A stretch of DNA of 61,745 bases from a virus. Taxonomy: Duplodnaviria > Heunggongvirae > Uroviricota > Caudoviricetes. A program made the position numbers and the translations under genes. This document shows, piece by piece, positions 1 to 10,269 of the stretch (the stretch's first letter is position 1; every line of letters begins with the position of its first letter). The stretch lies in the IMG/VR virus record IMGVR_UViG_3300017917_003521. One strand, 5' to 3'. Under the pieces are notes generated by a model. That model was given only the letters and a program-made list of their open reading frames with translations, made no database searches and was not told the origin of the DNA.

Positions 1-922
1 CTTTATCAGATACTTTTTGATACTCAGCAACTCTCTTTTCAAAGAAGTTAGTTTTACCTTGAAGAGAAATCATATCCATGAAGTCAAATGGATTCTCAAC
101 ATTGTAAACCTTAGGACAACCTAAAGCACTCATCCAGAAGTCAGCAACATACTCAATATATTGTTGCATTAAGTTTGAGTTCATACCAATTAAAGATACT
201 GGTAAAGATTCAGTGATAAACTCTCTCTCGATATCAACAGCTGATGTGATGATTTCTTGTATTCTTTCAATTGAAACTTTATTTTGTACATATCTATTAT
301 GTAATAAACAAGCAAACTGACAGTGCAATCCTTCATCTCTTGAAATTAACTCATTAGAGAATGTTAAACCTGGCATCAAACCTCTTTTCTTTAACCAAAA
401 AATAGAACAAAATGAACCAGAGAAGAAGATACCTTCAACTGCGGCAAATGCGATTAATCTCTCAGCAAAAGATTCAGAATTAATCCACTTTAAAGCCCAT
501 TCGGCTTTTTTCATAATTGATGGAAAGTTATCAATTGCATGAAATAATTTATCTTTTTCAGCTGAATCTTTGATATAAGTATCAATTAAAAGAGAATATG
601 TTTCTGAGTGAATGTTCTCCATCATAATTTGAAACCCATAAAATGATTTTGCTTCTGGATATTGAACCTCTTTCAAAAAATTCTCAGCTAAATTTTCATT
701 AACAATACCGTCTGATGCTGCAAAGAAAGCCAAAATCATTTTAATGAAATGTCTTTCATTGTCATTTAACTTTTCATTCCAATCTGTTAAATCTTGAGCC
801 AAATCAATCTCTTCTGCTGTCCAGAATGAGTGCTGGCAGTTTTTGTACATGTCCCAAATATCGTGATATTTTAAGGGAAACATTACAAATCTGTCTTTGT
901 TTTCTTGTAGTATGTGTTCCAT
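1..922 (-). CDS. nrdB: Ribonucleotide reductase class Ia beta subunit (3' end runs off the window)
   Basis: Manual translation from ATG at 922: [40 protein letters not shown].. through ..[16 protein letters not shown]; not in the ORF track. Confidence 0.95.
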   Translation of the reverse strand, partial: MEHILQENKDRFVMFPLKYHDIWDMYKNCQHSFWTAEEIDLAQDLTDWNEKLNDNERHFIKMILAFFAASDGIVNENLAENFLKEVQYPEAKSFYGFQIMMENIHSETYSLLIDTYIKDSAEKDKLFHAIDNFPSIMKKAEWALKWINSESFAERLIAFAAVEGIFFSGSFCSIFWLKKRGLMPGLTFSNELISRDEGLHCQFACLLHNRYVQNKVSIERIQEIITSAVDIEREFITESLPVSLIGMNSNLMQQYIEYVADFWMSALGCPKVYNVENPFDFMDMISLQGKTNFFEKRVAEYQKVSDK

Positions 923-1044
923 ATTTTTTATTTATTATTTATTTTTATAACTATTTTAGTCTAATGTTTATGATAAAGAGTGCAATTTGTTTAGTCATTC
1001 ATAAAAAATAATGAATATCTCTTTTTCTATATATTGAATTTTAG

Positions 1045-1052
1045 TATATTTG
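1045..1052 (+). promoter_or_regulatory. Bacteroidota-type -7 promoter element TATATTTG
   Basis: Matches TAnnTTTG; upstream of the 1078-3027 gene run. Confidence 0.65.
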
Positions 1053-1077
1053 TATTTTAAAGAAAGGAGGCTTTTTT

Positions 1078-1620
1078 ATGGATAAAAGACAAAAATGGAA
1101 AGATAAAAGATCAAGAATATTGGATGCGTTAGAATCAAATGCTCATGACAATCAATATGATAGTATGATAAATAATTTATCTTTATTAAATTCTGATGAG
1201 TTTTCAAAAATAAAAGACCGTTTGCTTTTCTTAGCACTTAAAAATTGTTCAAAAGAGTGTGCTCAGTTTCTTCTAAGTAAAGAAGCTACAGCAAATATTA
1301 TGGACATATTGACAAAGTGTGAGTTTACTAAAATGGTTGATGTTTTTAATTTAATTAGAGAATTAGATGTAAGAGATTCTTACTCAAGATTCAACACTGA
1401 ACTTCAAAAACCTTACTTAATAAATCGTTTGATTGACCCATCAAAAGTTGATGCTAATAAAGAACGTGTTGATTATTTATTCAAGTTAATATCTGATGGG
1501 TTTTTCACAGCTGAACAAGTAAGAAGTCAAATAGAATTAGAATATAAAGACAAACCAGAAAAGAAAAATAAGTTTGTTTCAATATACCGTGAATTAGCAC
1601 TAAAAGAACTAGGAATATAA
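1078..1620 (+). CDS. Hypothetical protein with C-terminal tag (RELALKELGI)
   Basis: ORF track; first gene of a tightly overlapped run. Confidence 0.75.
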   Translation: MDKRQKWKDKRSRILDALESNAHDNQYDSMINNLSLLNSDEFSKIKDRLLFLALKNCSKECAQFLLSKEATANIMDILTKCEFTKMVDVFNLIRELDVRDSYSRFNTELQKPYLINRLIDPSKVDANKERVDYLFKLISDGFFTAEQVRSQIELEYKDKPEKKNKFVSIYRELALKELGI

Positions 1621-1955
1621 TGGAACCCCATGTTTTAATTCGGAAAATAGATGATCGTATTCTTTATAAGATATCCGAGGGTTGTTCTATTGATGAATTG
1701 ATTAATTACTTTACTATTGTTGCTGATGGTTGCCAAAGACGTAGTAGTTTTATTAAAGTCAGTTTAAAATATCTAATTAACAATTGGAAACTTATTAACA
1801 CTGACAAAAAAATGAATACGCTTTATGTTATCTTTCTTAGAAAAAGATTAAAAGACTTGAAGTGGTTAAATGAAAATAAACATAAATTTCCTCAATTAGA
1901 AGGTGAAAGACTTTATAAAGTTTTAAGATTAAAAGACATTCTAGGAAATGAGTAA
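1620..1955 (+). CDS. Hypothetical protein, paralog of 42712-43074
   Basis: RLKDLKWLNENKHKFPQL versus RIKDLDWLIKNKHKFPKL. Confidence 0.75.
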   Translation: MEPHVLIRKIDDRILYKISEGCSIDELINYFTIVADGCQRRSSFIKVSLKYLINNWKLINTDKKMNTLYVIFLRKRLKDLKWLNENKHKFPQLEGERLYKVLRLKDILGNE

Positions 1956-2172
1956 GCTTTGTTATATTTGTTTAAGTGATGATATCTTCATTGATGATAA
2001 TGAACCACTAATTTGTGATAAGTGTGGTGAATATTATTGTTATGATTGCTCATATACTTATTCAATACACTATCAACACGAGGGTCAAAGGTGTTATCAA
2101 TGTGCTGATCAAAATAGAAGAAAGCCTCTTAATAAAAGAGATTATAAAATAGATTATATTTTAAGAAAATGA
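1948..2172 (+). CDS. Cys-rich zinc-finger protein with C-terminal tag
   Basis: Four CxxC pairs; ends RDYKIDYILRK. Confidence 0.75.
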   Translation: MSKLCYICLSDDIFIDDNEPLICDKCGEYYCYDCSYTYSIHYQHEGQRCYQCADQNRRKPLNKRDYKIDYILRK

Positions 2173-2444
2173 AACAAGTTTGGAAGTGTGACTTCTGTTC
2201 ACATACAGATATTAGTGTTGAAAAAATGGCTCAACATGAACCAAAATGTTCTTTTAACAAAGTGAATAAAAAGTGTTATACTTGCAAATATCGATTTGAG
2301 GCAGGGTATGGTGGTGAGCACATTCCAGGTTGTGAGATAAACGAAAATATCTGTAGAGGTGAAGATGATGGAAATTGTCCGGGTTGGGTTTATGAGTACT
2401 TGGAAGAAGAACGTAATAATAAATTAAACGATTTAGGTATATGA
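2169..2444 (+). CDS. Cys-rich protein with C-terminal tag
   Basis: CDFC..H..C and CYTC; ends RNNKLNDLGI. Confidence 0.75.
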   Translation: MKQVWKCDFCSHTDISVEKMAQHEPKCSFNKVNKKCYTCKYRFEAGYGGEHIPGCEINENICRGEDDGNCPGWVYEYLEEERNNKLNDLGI

Positions 2445-2845
2445 AATTATATTATAATGGTAAAGGATACCCAGTAAAATGGAAATCTTTAATGAATAAA
2501 AATATGTGGTATAATATGGAACCTGTCAAATTAAAAATGACAATTCCAGAATCTGTTTACAAGGCTATACTTATAGATATAAAACTAGATGAAGAAAATA
2601 AAACCTTGCGAGATGTTTTCAGATTCAACCTGTTACTACAGAAAGGTGAAATGTCTAGAGATAGAGATAAACTTGTTGTTGAATCTAGTGAATATTGGAA
2701 GATAGATGCTTATTTAGACAGAGTATCAATATCATCTAAATTTAGAAATGGTGAGGTAACTGCTATTTTTGAAGTTTCTATTTTTGAAGAAGAAGAGTTA
2801 GATAAATCTGAATTGAGAAACATATTATTAAATGAACTTGTATGA
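2441..2845 (+). CDS. Hypothetical protein with C-terminal tag
   Basis: ATGA overlaps; ends RNILLNELV. Confidence 0.7.
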   Translation: MKLYYNGKGYPVKWKSLMNKNMWYNMEPVKLKMTIPESVYKAILIDIKLDEENKTLRDVFRFNLLLQKGEMSRDRDKLVVESSEYWKIDAYLDRVSISSKFRNGEVTAIFEVSIFEEEELDKSELRNILLNELV

Positions 2846-3027
2846 TTATAAAAGATAGAGACGAATGGGTAAGTGTTGTAGATTGTCACTATTGTAAATC
2901 ACAGACACCTACAAAAGAGACACATATTGTTGAAGTTGATTATAAATACTTTAAAGGAACCGGAAGAATGTATGTTCAAGTTTGTAAAGAATGTCATCGA
3001 GAATCACAATTAAACAAACTTATTTAA
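2842..3027 (+). CDS. Small zinc-ribbon protein with C-terminal tag
   Basis: CHYC...CKEC; ends RESQLNKLI. Confidence 0.7.
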   Translation: MIIKDRDEWVSVVDCHYCKSQTPTKETHIVEVDYKYFKGTGRMYVQVCKECHRESQLNKLI

Positions 3028-3029
3028 AA

Positions 3030-3112
3030 GCGAAAAACAGGAGTAGCGAATTCCTGTTTTTCTATAGCCACCCGATTTGGGGCGAAACTATAACGGGTCC
3101 TAAGCCGTTTCA
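3030..3112 (-). ncRNA. Candidate small structured RNA with three hairpins, the last terminator-like
   Basis: GC-rich intergenic island with stems 3093-3108, 3063-3092 and 3032-3062; late-type promoter TTAATATATA on the minus strand at 3126-3135. Confidence 0.45.
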
Positions 3113-3196
3113 AAATTTATAAAATTATATATTAAACTTTTTACTCTCTCAAACATAGAATAATTCTGAATAAAGTCTAACTAATAAAAAACAAAA

Positions 3197-3508
3197 ATGA
3201 TTAAACACGAAATCAAAGTAGAGTTTTCAAACTCTGAAGTATTAAAAAACCTTATCAACAAAGCTTATTTTGAAGAAGGTTACATGGGTAAGATTATGGG
3301 CAAAGAAAACTACATTAAAGTAGATGAATCTGTTGATGATATCGCTTACACTGTTTTCAAGGGTCTTAATAGTGTTACCGCTAAAATCACAAATGAAATT
3401 ATTGATGGTGCTATGAGATTTATGATTGACGAAACTCAAGGTGAAGTTCGTCTTTATCCTATTTCTGTTTACTGCATTCAAGAAGAAGGAAAATATATCT
3501 TCTATTAA
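3197..3508 (+). CDS. Hypothetical protein
   Basis: ORF track; A-rich leader. Confidence 0.75.
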   Translation: MIKHEIKVEFSNSEVLKNLINKAYFEEGYMGKIMGKENYIKVDESVDDIAYTVFKGLNSVTAKITNEIIDGAMRFMIDETQGEVRLYPISVYCIQEEGKYIFY

Positions 3509-3523
3509 AAAAAATCACACACT

Positions 3524-4543
3524 ATGAAATTTGACTGGAATGATGTTTCAATTGTACCTGAAACACTAAGCACAATTGCGTCTAGAAAAGAAATTAATCC
3601 TTACTACAATGGTAAGCTGCCTCTTTTCACCGCACCAATGGATAAAGTTATTGATGATACTAATTTAAGTGAATTTGTTAATAACAATATCAATGTCTGC
3701 TTACCAAGACACGTCAAGTTTGATAATATAGAAAGTAGTGATGATTTTTTCTTTTCTTATGGTCTTGATGAAATAATTGGTATTATACAGACCGGTGGTA
3801 GAGTACCTAAGAGAGTTTTAATTGATGTGGCTAATGGTCACATGATGAAACTTTATGAAACATCTAAGATGATTAAAGAGAAGTTTGGTGATAGCGTAGA
3901 GCTAATGATAGGTAACATCGCCAATCCCGATACATACCGGGAGTATTGCAAGATTGGTGTCGATTATATAAGAGTTGGTATTGGTGGAGGTTCGGCTTGT
4001 ACGACCTCTGCCAATGTCTCAATTCACTATCCAATGGGTTCATTGATAAGTGAATGTGCTCAGATTAAAAAAGAATTTGAAAATCCTACTAAGATTATTG
4101 CTGACGGTGGTTTCAAAAACTTCTCTGATATTATTAAAGCTTTGGCACTCGGTGCTGACTATGTAATGTTAGGAGGTGTTTTTAATAAATCACTTGAAAG
4201 TTGCGGTGAAACATTCTTAAAAGATGCTCAAGACCAATACTATGTAGTTGATATGGATAGAGCCAAAGTATCATTTGAAGCTGGTATTTCTGTTTATAAA
4301 TACTATCGTGGTATGTCAACTAAAGAAGTTCAAAAGTCTTGGAATAAACACGAATTAAAAACTGGTGAAGGTATTACTAAATATAATAAAGTAGAATATA
4401 CTTTATCAGGTTGGTGTGAGAACTTTACCGATTATTTGAAATCAGCAATGTCTTATACAAATAGTAGAAATCTTAAAGAATTTATTGGTGAGGTTAGGTA
4501 TGAAATGATTACTCAGAACTCATTTAATAGATTTAATAAGTAA
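3524..4543 (+). CDS. IMP dehydrogenase / GMP reductase family protein
   Basis: TAPMD, IDVANGH, VGIGGGSACTT (catalytic Cys), IIADGG, YRGMS. Confidence 0.92.
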   Translation: MKFDWNDVSIVPETLSTIASRKEINPYYNGKLPLFTAPMDKVIDDTNLSEFVNNNINVCLPRHVKFDNIESSDDFFFSYGLDEIIGIIQTGGRVPKRVLIDVANGHMMKLYETSKMIKEKFGDSVELMIGNIANPDTYREYCKIGVDYIRVGIGGGSACTTSANVSIHYPMGSLISECAQIKKEFENPTKIIADGGFKNFSDIIKALALGADYVMLGGVFNKSLESCGETFLKDAQDQYYVVDMDRAKVSFEAGISVYKYYRGMSTKEVQKSWNKHELKTGEGITKYNKVEYTLSGWCENFTDYLKSAMSYTNSRNLKEFIGEVRYEMITQNSFNRFNK

Positions 4544-4544
4544 C

Positions 4545-4572
4545 AAAAAACCCACTTTAGAGTGGGTTTTTT
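4545..4572. terminator. Bidirectional intrinsic terminator
   Basis: AAAAAACCCACT-TTAG-AGTGGGTTTTTT between convergent genes; same core in inverted orientation at ~45436-45461. Confidence 0.85.
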
Positions 4573-5023
4573 ATTTTATATCTTTTAGTTTTTGTAACTC
4601 TTTTTCAAGGTTTTCAATTTTTGCTTCGTATTCTGATTTGTTAATTTTGATAGCATCATAAAAACCAGTTGTAAATAATTCTAAATTATTTTTAATTGTT
4701 GATGCTTTAATTCTAGCATGTAGTTTAGAAACGGCTTTAACCAAAACAATAGGACTTCCTATTTTTCTACCATAATCATCGGTATTATATAACTCATAAA
4801 CATTCCACACATCAGTCATTGTTGGATTTGATACAGATAGATGATTAATTTCGGATATTCTTTTATCATAGTATTCAGTGTTTTTTGAAGATACGACTTT
4901 AGCACACCAAACTTTGAATTTCTCACCAAACTTTTCTAAGAATTCATTTACATCAGATTCAACATCAATTGGATCTTTATAATCTTCAGATTCAAATATT
5001 TTATAAGTATTTAAGTGTTTCAT
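4571..5023 (-). CDS. Hypothetical protein with N-terminal MKHL..FES motif
   Basis: MKHLNTYKIFESE; follows the neck gene. Confidence 0.75.
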   Translation of the reverse strand: MKHLNTYKIFESEDYKDPIDVESDVNEFLEKFGEKFKVWCAKVVSSKNTEYYDKRISEINHLSVSNPTMTDVWNVYELYNTDDYGRKIGSPIVLVKAVSKLHARIKASTIKNNLELFTTGFYDAIKINKSEYEAKIENLEKELQKLKDIK

Positions 5024-5024
5024 A

Positions 5025-5825
5025 TTATCTCTTAACCATTATAAAGAAAGATGAAGTTGATTGTCCTTTTACTTCTTCTTCTACTTCTTTTACTTCTTCT
5101 TTTCCCTGAGTAACTAAGTCTGCTGCTTGTATTTTAACACCACCTGGTAAAGTGAAGTCATAACGACCAACTAAGTTACCTAATTGTTGTTTAGCATATC
5201 CAACAACATACTTAAAGAATAAATCTTCTTTGAATAAATTTTCAGCTGGAATATTAGCATAAGCCTCCATAATAACGTGGTGTTTAACATTAGTTAATAT
5301 GTTAAGTCTGTGATTTAATTGGTTAAATTGATATCTAAGTGTATATTTATTCAACTGATTCAACATATCAGACATTGAATCTAATACTGTTTTATAAACC
5401 CCTAATTCACCAATTGTAGTAACATAAGATGATAAGTAAGGTTGGTTAGTAACACCCATATTAACTGATAAGTTAGGAGTGTTAATACCTAATTGAAATA
5501 AACTATCACCTCTAACTTCATATAGATAAACAACTGTTTGAATTTCACAAGGAACAGTTACATAGTTATACTTTGTATATTCCTCAGTAAAAAAAGCTCT
5601 TTTATCTATAAAGTAATATATTTTTTGAACAGCGTATTGATAGTTACGATAAAACCAAGGCAAAGCTCTAGTTTCAATTATTTGTCTGATGTTAGCATCA
5701 GGAAGTGTTTTTGGTAAGGCGCAAGATATAGTAAGCTCATTTTGAACTAAATCAATTAACTCGTCTATTGTATAACCACCTTGATATGGTACAAAAGCAT
5801 CTTCAAATCCGTTAGTATCTGCCAT
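5025..5825 (-). CDS. T4 gp13-like neck / head-completion protein
   Basis: C-terminal KYVVGYAKQQLG..RYDFTLPGGVKIQAADLVTQGKEE is typical of the gp13 family. Confidence 0.7.
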   Translation of the reverse strand: MADTNGFEDAFVPYQGGYTIDELIDLVQNELTISCALPKTLPDANIRQIIETRALPWFYRNYQYAVQKIYYFIDKRAFFTEEYTKYNYVTVPCEIQTVVYLYEVRGDSLFQLGINTPNLSVNMGVTNQPYLSSYVTTIGELGVYKTVLDSMSDMLNQLNKYTLRYQFNQLNHRLNILTNVKHHVIMEAYANIPAENLFKEDLFFKYVVGYAKQQLGNLVGRYDFTLPGGVKIQAADLVTQGKEEVKEVEEEVKGQSTSSFFIMVKR

Positions 5826-5845
5826 AAAATATTTTTACTTTTGTT

Positions 5846-5887
5846 TATATATTAATTTGGCATATTCACTTATTTTTCTTATCTTTG
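5846..5887. promoter_or_regulatory. Back-to-back promoters: late-type TTAATATATA (minus, 5846-5855) and Bacteroidota-type TTTG-N20-TATCTTTG (plus, 5856-5887)
   Basis: Motifs read directly between divergent genes. Confidence 0.7.
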
Positions 5888-5918
5888 TAAGACAAACAAA
5901 CAGATAAACACTACGATT

Positions 5919-6107
5919 ATGAAACTCAAAGGCACAATAAAAGTTGGTAAATTCACAAGAGAAGATTCTATGAAAGCTTGTAGAAAAGCCAGTCGTGAGA
6001 TGGAGTTAGAAAACTCTGTTGGTTGGGTTGCTGTTCGTAAAGCACATAAATCTATTAAAGATTATACAAGAAAACCTAAACATAAAAAAGACTATTCATT
6101 TGAATAG
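5919..6107 (+). CDS. Small basic protein with an ArfA-like tail
   Basis: RKASRE..KAHKSIKDYTRKPKHKK; own promoter and terminator. Confidence 0.7.
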   Translation: MKLKGTIKVGKFTREDSMKACRKASREMELENSVGWVAVRKAHKSIKDYTRKPKHKKDYSFE

Positions 6108-6115
6108 TCTTTTTA
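6084..6115. terminator. Bidirectional intrinsic terminator
   Basis: AAAAAGACTATTC-ATTT-GAATAGTCTTTTT. Confidence 0.8.
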
Positions 6116-6230
6116 TTTTATATTTTCTAAGTTTCTTTTTAGAGTGTACACTTCTTAAATATTCTCCAAAATCAATTTGTTGATCAAATTGATTCCAAAA
6201 CCACTCAGTAAATTCCTTTTTATTTTTCAT
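6096..6230 (-). CDS. 44-aa protein with C-terminal tag (not in ORF track)
   Basis: [44 protein letters not shown]. Confidence 0.6.
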   Translation of the reverse strand: MKNKKEFTEWFWNQFDQQIDFGEYLRSVHSKKKLRKYKIKRLFK

Positions 6231-6453
6231 TGAAAATATTATTAATTTTCCTCATTCTTTTTCTATTGAACATAGCATCTTTACCGGTAACTTTTAGTTC
6301 TTTCCAATTACCACCATCAAATACATAGTTTCTATTTTTAGTAGAATCATAGTAAATATCACCTGTATTTGGATTAGTAGGTTTAATAGTGTTAATAGAT
6401 GTTACACTCTTCCATAAACCATTAGCGGTTAATTCAGTAATTGTCTTTATCAT
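6220..6453 (-). CDS. Small protein: tail-fibre-like beta motif plus C-terminal tag
   Basis: [26 protein letters not shown]; ends [12 protein letters not shown]. Confidence 0.65.
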   Translation of the reverse strand: MIKTITELTANGLWKSVTSINTIKPTNPNTGDIYYDSTKNRNYVFDGGNWKELKVTGKDAMFNRKRMRKINNIFNEK

Positions 6454-7493
6454 ACTTGAAAGTTCTTAGAATTTTTAAGTTTTTCTAAAATATGTTGTTC
6501 ATCTAGTTCTATTTTCTTAGGTATTTTTATTGATATTTTAATAAATAAATCACCCATACCTAATTGAATATCTGGAATACCTCGTCCACTTATTCTGATA
6601 ACTTTACCATGTTCAGTACCTGGTTCAATTGTAATAGGAATCTCACCGTGTGGTGTGTTAACTTTTAAATTTGAACCAATAATAGCATCAATTATTGAAA
6701 TTGTTTTTTCTACTACTATATTATTACCTTCTCTTTTGAATGAGTAATCTCTTATCTCTTCAACAACAATATGTAAGTCACCAGCCACACCATTTCTAAT
6801 GTAGTTACCATAACCATTCATTGATAGTTGCATTCCGGTAGAAACACCTGCTGGTATATCAACATCGACTGTTTCTTCTTTTACATACGTTCCTTCACCT
6901 CTACAATCTTTACATTTTACATGAACTTGTTGACCTGATCCACCACAATCGGGACAAGTTGATGCTTGTCTTATTTGACCAAATGGTGTATTTTGAATAA
7001 CTGTTCTCTGTCCTGTTCCGTTACAAGGAATACAACTTCTAACATCAGTACCACCTTTACCTGAACAAGTATTACATTTATCCTGTCTCTTGTATCTTAT
7101 TTTTTTATTGGCTCCTTTTAAAATCTCATCAATTGTTAATGAAACTTTTATTCTTAAATTAGATCCTTTACTTTGTGGTCTTTGTCCATTATATCTTTGA
7201 TTAAAAGCATTTCCAAATATGTCACCAAAATTACTAAAGATATCATCCATATTAAATCCACCAAATCCACCACCTGGACCAGAAGAACCGTATCTATCAT
7301 AATTAGCCTTTTTGTCAGGTGTTGACAATATGTCATATGCCTCAGCGGCTTCTTTAAATTTAGATTCAGCCTCTGGATTGTCCGGATTTTTATCCGGATG
7401 ATATTTCATAGCCATTTTACGATAGGCTTTTTTAATTTCATCTTCAGATGCTCCTTTTTCTAATCCTAATACTTTATAATAATCTTTACTCAT
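6450..7493 (-). CDS. dnaJ: Chaperone DnaJ
   Basis: J-domain with HPD, G/F region, four CxxCxGxG repeats. Confidence 0.97.
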   Translation of the reverse strand: MSKDYYKVLGLEKGASEDEIKKAYRKMAMKYHPDKNPDNPEAESKFKEAAEAYDILSTPDKKANYDRYGSSGPGGGFGGFNMDDIFSNFGDIFGNAFNQRYNGQRPQSKGSNLRIKVSLTIDEILKGANKKIRYKRQDKCNTCSGKGGTDVRSCIPCNGTGQRTVIQNTPFGQIRQASTCPDCGGSGQQVHVKCKDCRGEGTYVKEETVDVDIPAGVSTGMQLSMNGYGNYIRNGVAGDLHIVVEEIRDYSFKREGNNIVVEKTISIIDAIIGSNLKVNTPHGEIPITIEPGTEHGKVIRISGRGIPDIQLGMGDLFIKISIKIPKKIELDEQHILEKLKNSKNFQV

Positions 7494-7512
7494 ATTTTTA
7501 TTTTTTCAAATT

Positions 7513-7827
7513 TTATGCCAGTAGCTGTTTTATTTTTGAATCTCTATATATCTGTTTAGGTGTTTCGGTTAACCTTATAGTTACCCATCTATTATAATTT
7601 ATAAAAAATTCATTATTATAAATAACGGCAGACATAATTGGTAGTTCTTCTATTATCTCTTTGAAGATATTGTTAGCATCTTCTAACTTCCAATTCTTCA
7701 TCTCAGTTAATCTTTTACAAAAGTAATTCATACAGGGTGAAGCAGTATCTATAACATTAGATAGATATTTATCACCTCTAAATCCATCAGGTGCATTTTC
7801 TGATATTTCAACATACCAATCTATCAT
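7513..7827 (-). CDS. Hypothetical protein with C-terminal tag
   Basis: Ends RDSKIKQLLA. Confidence 0.7.
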   Translation of the reverse strand: MIDWYVEISENAPDGFRGDKYLSNVIDTASPCMNYFCKRLTEMKNWKLEDANNIFKEIIEELPIMSAVIYNNEFFINYNRWVTIRLTETPKQIYRDSKIKQLLA

Positions 7828-8408
7828 ATTAAATCTTTATTTTTATCCAATAATTGATTTATTGTTTCTTCTCTTTGATGTTGTTTTATCAACCTATCTA
7901 TTGCTTCTTCATGGTCTTCTATGTTTATAACTTTAGTTACTAAACTAGCAATATAATTATCAACTATTAAAGTTAGTGTCTCTGAAGTTCTATCTATATG
8001 TTCAAAGTGAGCTAAGCAATCTTTTGACTTAATAAACATATCAATTAGATAATCAATAAACTCATCAATATTGAAATACATAGTAAACAGCTTATACCTT
8101 TTGTTTTCCGGTAAAACTCTACCATAACCAGAATCTTTGAAGATTGTAGGTGGGTCTATAAATATCTTAGCAAATACTCTTCTAACTGAAGGTAAAACTA
8201 AATCTAAAGTTTCATCCTCTTCTAAGTATAAAGCTCCCTTAAACTCATCTCTGTCAAATAGATGATATTTTTTATTAATCACATATTCTAGTAATGACTT
8301 AAATGAGTGTAAATGTTCACCACTTATTCCTTTACAAAGAGCTTCAATGATAATTTTTTTGTAACTTTCTTCTTTATAGAGATGTATGAAACTTTTTTTA
8401 GAATCCAT
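7824..8408 (-). CDS. Hypothetical protein with near-C-terminal tag
   Basis: REETINQLL near the end. Confidence 0.7.
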   Translation of the reverse strand: MDSKKSFIHLYKEESYKKIIIEALCKGISGEHLHSFKSLLEYVINKKYHLFDRDEFKGALYLEEDETLDLVLPSVRRVFAKIFIDPPTIFKDSGYGRVLPENKRYKLFTMYFNIDEFIDYLIDMFIKSKDCLAHFEHIDRTSETLTLIVDNYIASLVTKVINIEDHEEAIDRLIKQHQREETINQLLDKNKDLI

Positions 8409-8872
8409 TATTTACTAAGTACAATTTTTGGATGTCTAAAAGGTTTACCATTTAACATATAACCTTTACTAACAACATCTAATATTTTAGATTCACCTGT
8501 AGGTACAACACTAATAACCTCATGTAAATCTTCATCATATGTCTCAGTTTGAATAATTTCTATTCCTTGAGACTTTAAAAAATTCTCAAGCTTTTGAGCA
8601 ATAAGTTGAACACCTTCTCTAGCTGATTCATCTTTGATATTCTTAATTGCAATAGAAACATCATTATCCATATCAAGAATAGGAGTTACCATAGAAACCT
8701 TTGTGTTGAATCTAATCTCTTCTTTGTCTTTTACAACTCTTCTTTTGTAATTCTCAAATTCAGCATAAAGACGAACATACTTGTCTTCAGCCTGAGCTAA
8801 CTTATCTTCTAATGTTAATTCTGTTTGAGTATTCTCAACTTGTTCGTTTACTATTTCTTTATTCTCTTCCAT
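8408..8872 (-). CDS. grpE: Nucleotide exchange factor GrpE
   Basis: RLYAEFENYKRR, YDEDLHEVI, KGYMLNGKPFRHPKIV. Confidence 0.93.
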   Translation of the reverse strand: MEENKEIVNEQVENTQTELTLEDKLAQAEDKYVRLYAEFENYKRRVVKDKEEIRFNTKVSMVTPILDMDNDVSIAIKNIKDESAREGVQLIAQKLENFLKSQGIEIIQTETYDEDLHEVISVVPTGESKILDVVSKGYMLNGKPFRHPKIVLSK

Positions 8873-8882
8873 ATCTATTTTA

Positions 8883-9782
8883 TTATTTTAAGTTTGATAA
8901 ATATCTTTCAGTATCAAGTGCTGCCATACAACCTGTACCAGCAGCAGTTATTGCTTGTCTGTAGTGTTTATCTTGAACATCACCACAAGCAAATACACCT
9001 TCAATATTTGTCTTAGTTGTTCCTGGTTTAGTTATTATATAACCTTCATTGTCCAAGTCTATTTGGTCTTTGAATAAATCAGTATTAGGTTTATGACCAA
9101 TAGCAATAAAGATACCATCACAAGAAAAAACGCCATTATTAGTCATAACCATATTTACAGTTTTATCTCCTAAAATTTCTAGTACATGTGTATTATATTC
9201 AATTTTTATTTTAGGATTGTTTTTAACTCTTTCTTGCATAATGTTAGAGGCTCTCATCTTATCAGATCTTACTAACATAGTAACACTACTACATATATTT
9301 GATAAATATGTAGCTTCTTCACAAGCTGTGTCACCGCCACCAACTACAATAACATTTTGGTCTCTATAGAAAAATCCATCACAAGTAGCACAAGCTGATA
9401 CACCATAACCTGAAAATTTCTTTTCAGAGTCTAGACCTAAATACTTAGCCTCTGCTCCTGTTGATATAATAACTGATTCGGATTGATATGTATTTCCATC
9501 CTCATCAGTTATCTTAAATGGTTTACTACTAAAATCTACAGATGTTATCATTTTATATTTAATGTCTGTGCCAAATCTTAAAGCTTGATTCTTCATGTCT
9601 TCCATCATCAATGGTCCTGTTATACCATTTGGATAACCTGGAAAGTTCTCAACATCTCCAGTATCCATTAATTGTCCGCCTATATTAAAACCAGTAAACA
9701 TAACAGGTCTTAATCCAGCTCTAGAAGCATATATAGCAGCAGTGTAACCAGCCGGTCCACTACCAATGATAACTACATTCAT
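8883..9782 (-). CDS. trxB: Thioredoxin reductase
   Basis: GSGPAG, CATCDG, GGGDTA, FACGDV..YRQAITAAG. Confidence 0.97.
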   Translation of the reverse strand: MNVVIIGSGPAGYTAAIYASRAGLRPVMFTGFNIGGQLMDTGDVENFPGYPNGITGPLMMEDMKNQALRFGTDIKYKMITSVDFSSKPFKITDEDGNTYQSESVIISTGAEAKYLGLDSEKKFSGYGVSACATCDGFFYRDQNVIVVGGGDTACEEATYLSNICSSVTMLVRSDKMRASNIMQERVKNNPKIKIEYNTHVLEILGDKTVNMVMTNNGVFSCDGIFIAIGHKPNTDLFKDQIDLDNEGYIITKPGTTKTNIEGVFACGDVQDKHYRQAITAAGTGCMAALDTERYLSNLK

Positions 9783-9783
9783 C

Positions 9784-10269
9784 TTAATAATTAAATTTTA
9801 ATAGTTTTCTAACATTATTAGAGTTATAGAACTCATAAGTTACGTTTTTATCAACAACTTTGTGTATTTCTAGTTTCTCTACCTCTACTTTAATATTTTC
9901 TACATATTCTACTAAATCTTTTAGAGCTTTTGTAAAAGTAGTGTTTGGTTCCCAATAATCGGGAAACTTATCAACAAACTTATCAATAGCAACATCAAAA
10001 GTCTTCTTTCTAACAAGAAGATACTCTTTTTCTTTTATTGATTTATTTGTTAAGAATTCCATTATATAAGTATTGAATTTGTGTATAAGATTGTCGGTCT
10101 CTATAACTTTTAACAATCCTATTACTAAAGCATCTCTTTCAGAGATTTCTATTTCTTTATTATCTTTAAGAATCTTTTCAGCTTCTTTTTCAGATCCTAC
10201 TATGTAGTATACATAATGATCCCATAGACACATTCTAACTATATCTTCTGGATAAATTTTAATATTCAT
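9784..10269 (-). CDS. Hypothetical protein
   Basis: ORF track; co-directional with trxB. Confidence 0.75.
   Translation of the reverse strand: MNIKIYPEDIVRMCLWDHYVYYIVGSEKEAEKILKDNKEIEISERDALVIGLLKVIETDNLIHKFNTYIMEFLTNKSIKEKEYLLVRKKTFDVAIDKFVDKFPDYWEPNTTFTKALKDLVEYVENIKVEVEKLEIHKVVDKNVTYEFYNSNNVRKLLKFNY

Noticed and set aside
3030-3112. Pistol or other self-cleaving ribozyme
   Set aside because: The first hairpin resembles pistol P1, but I could not find the complementary pseudoknot strand or the remaining core.
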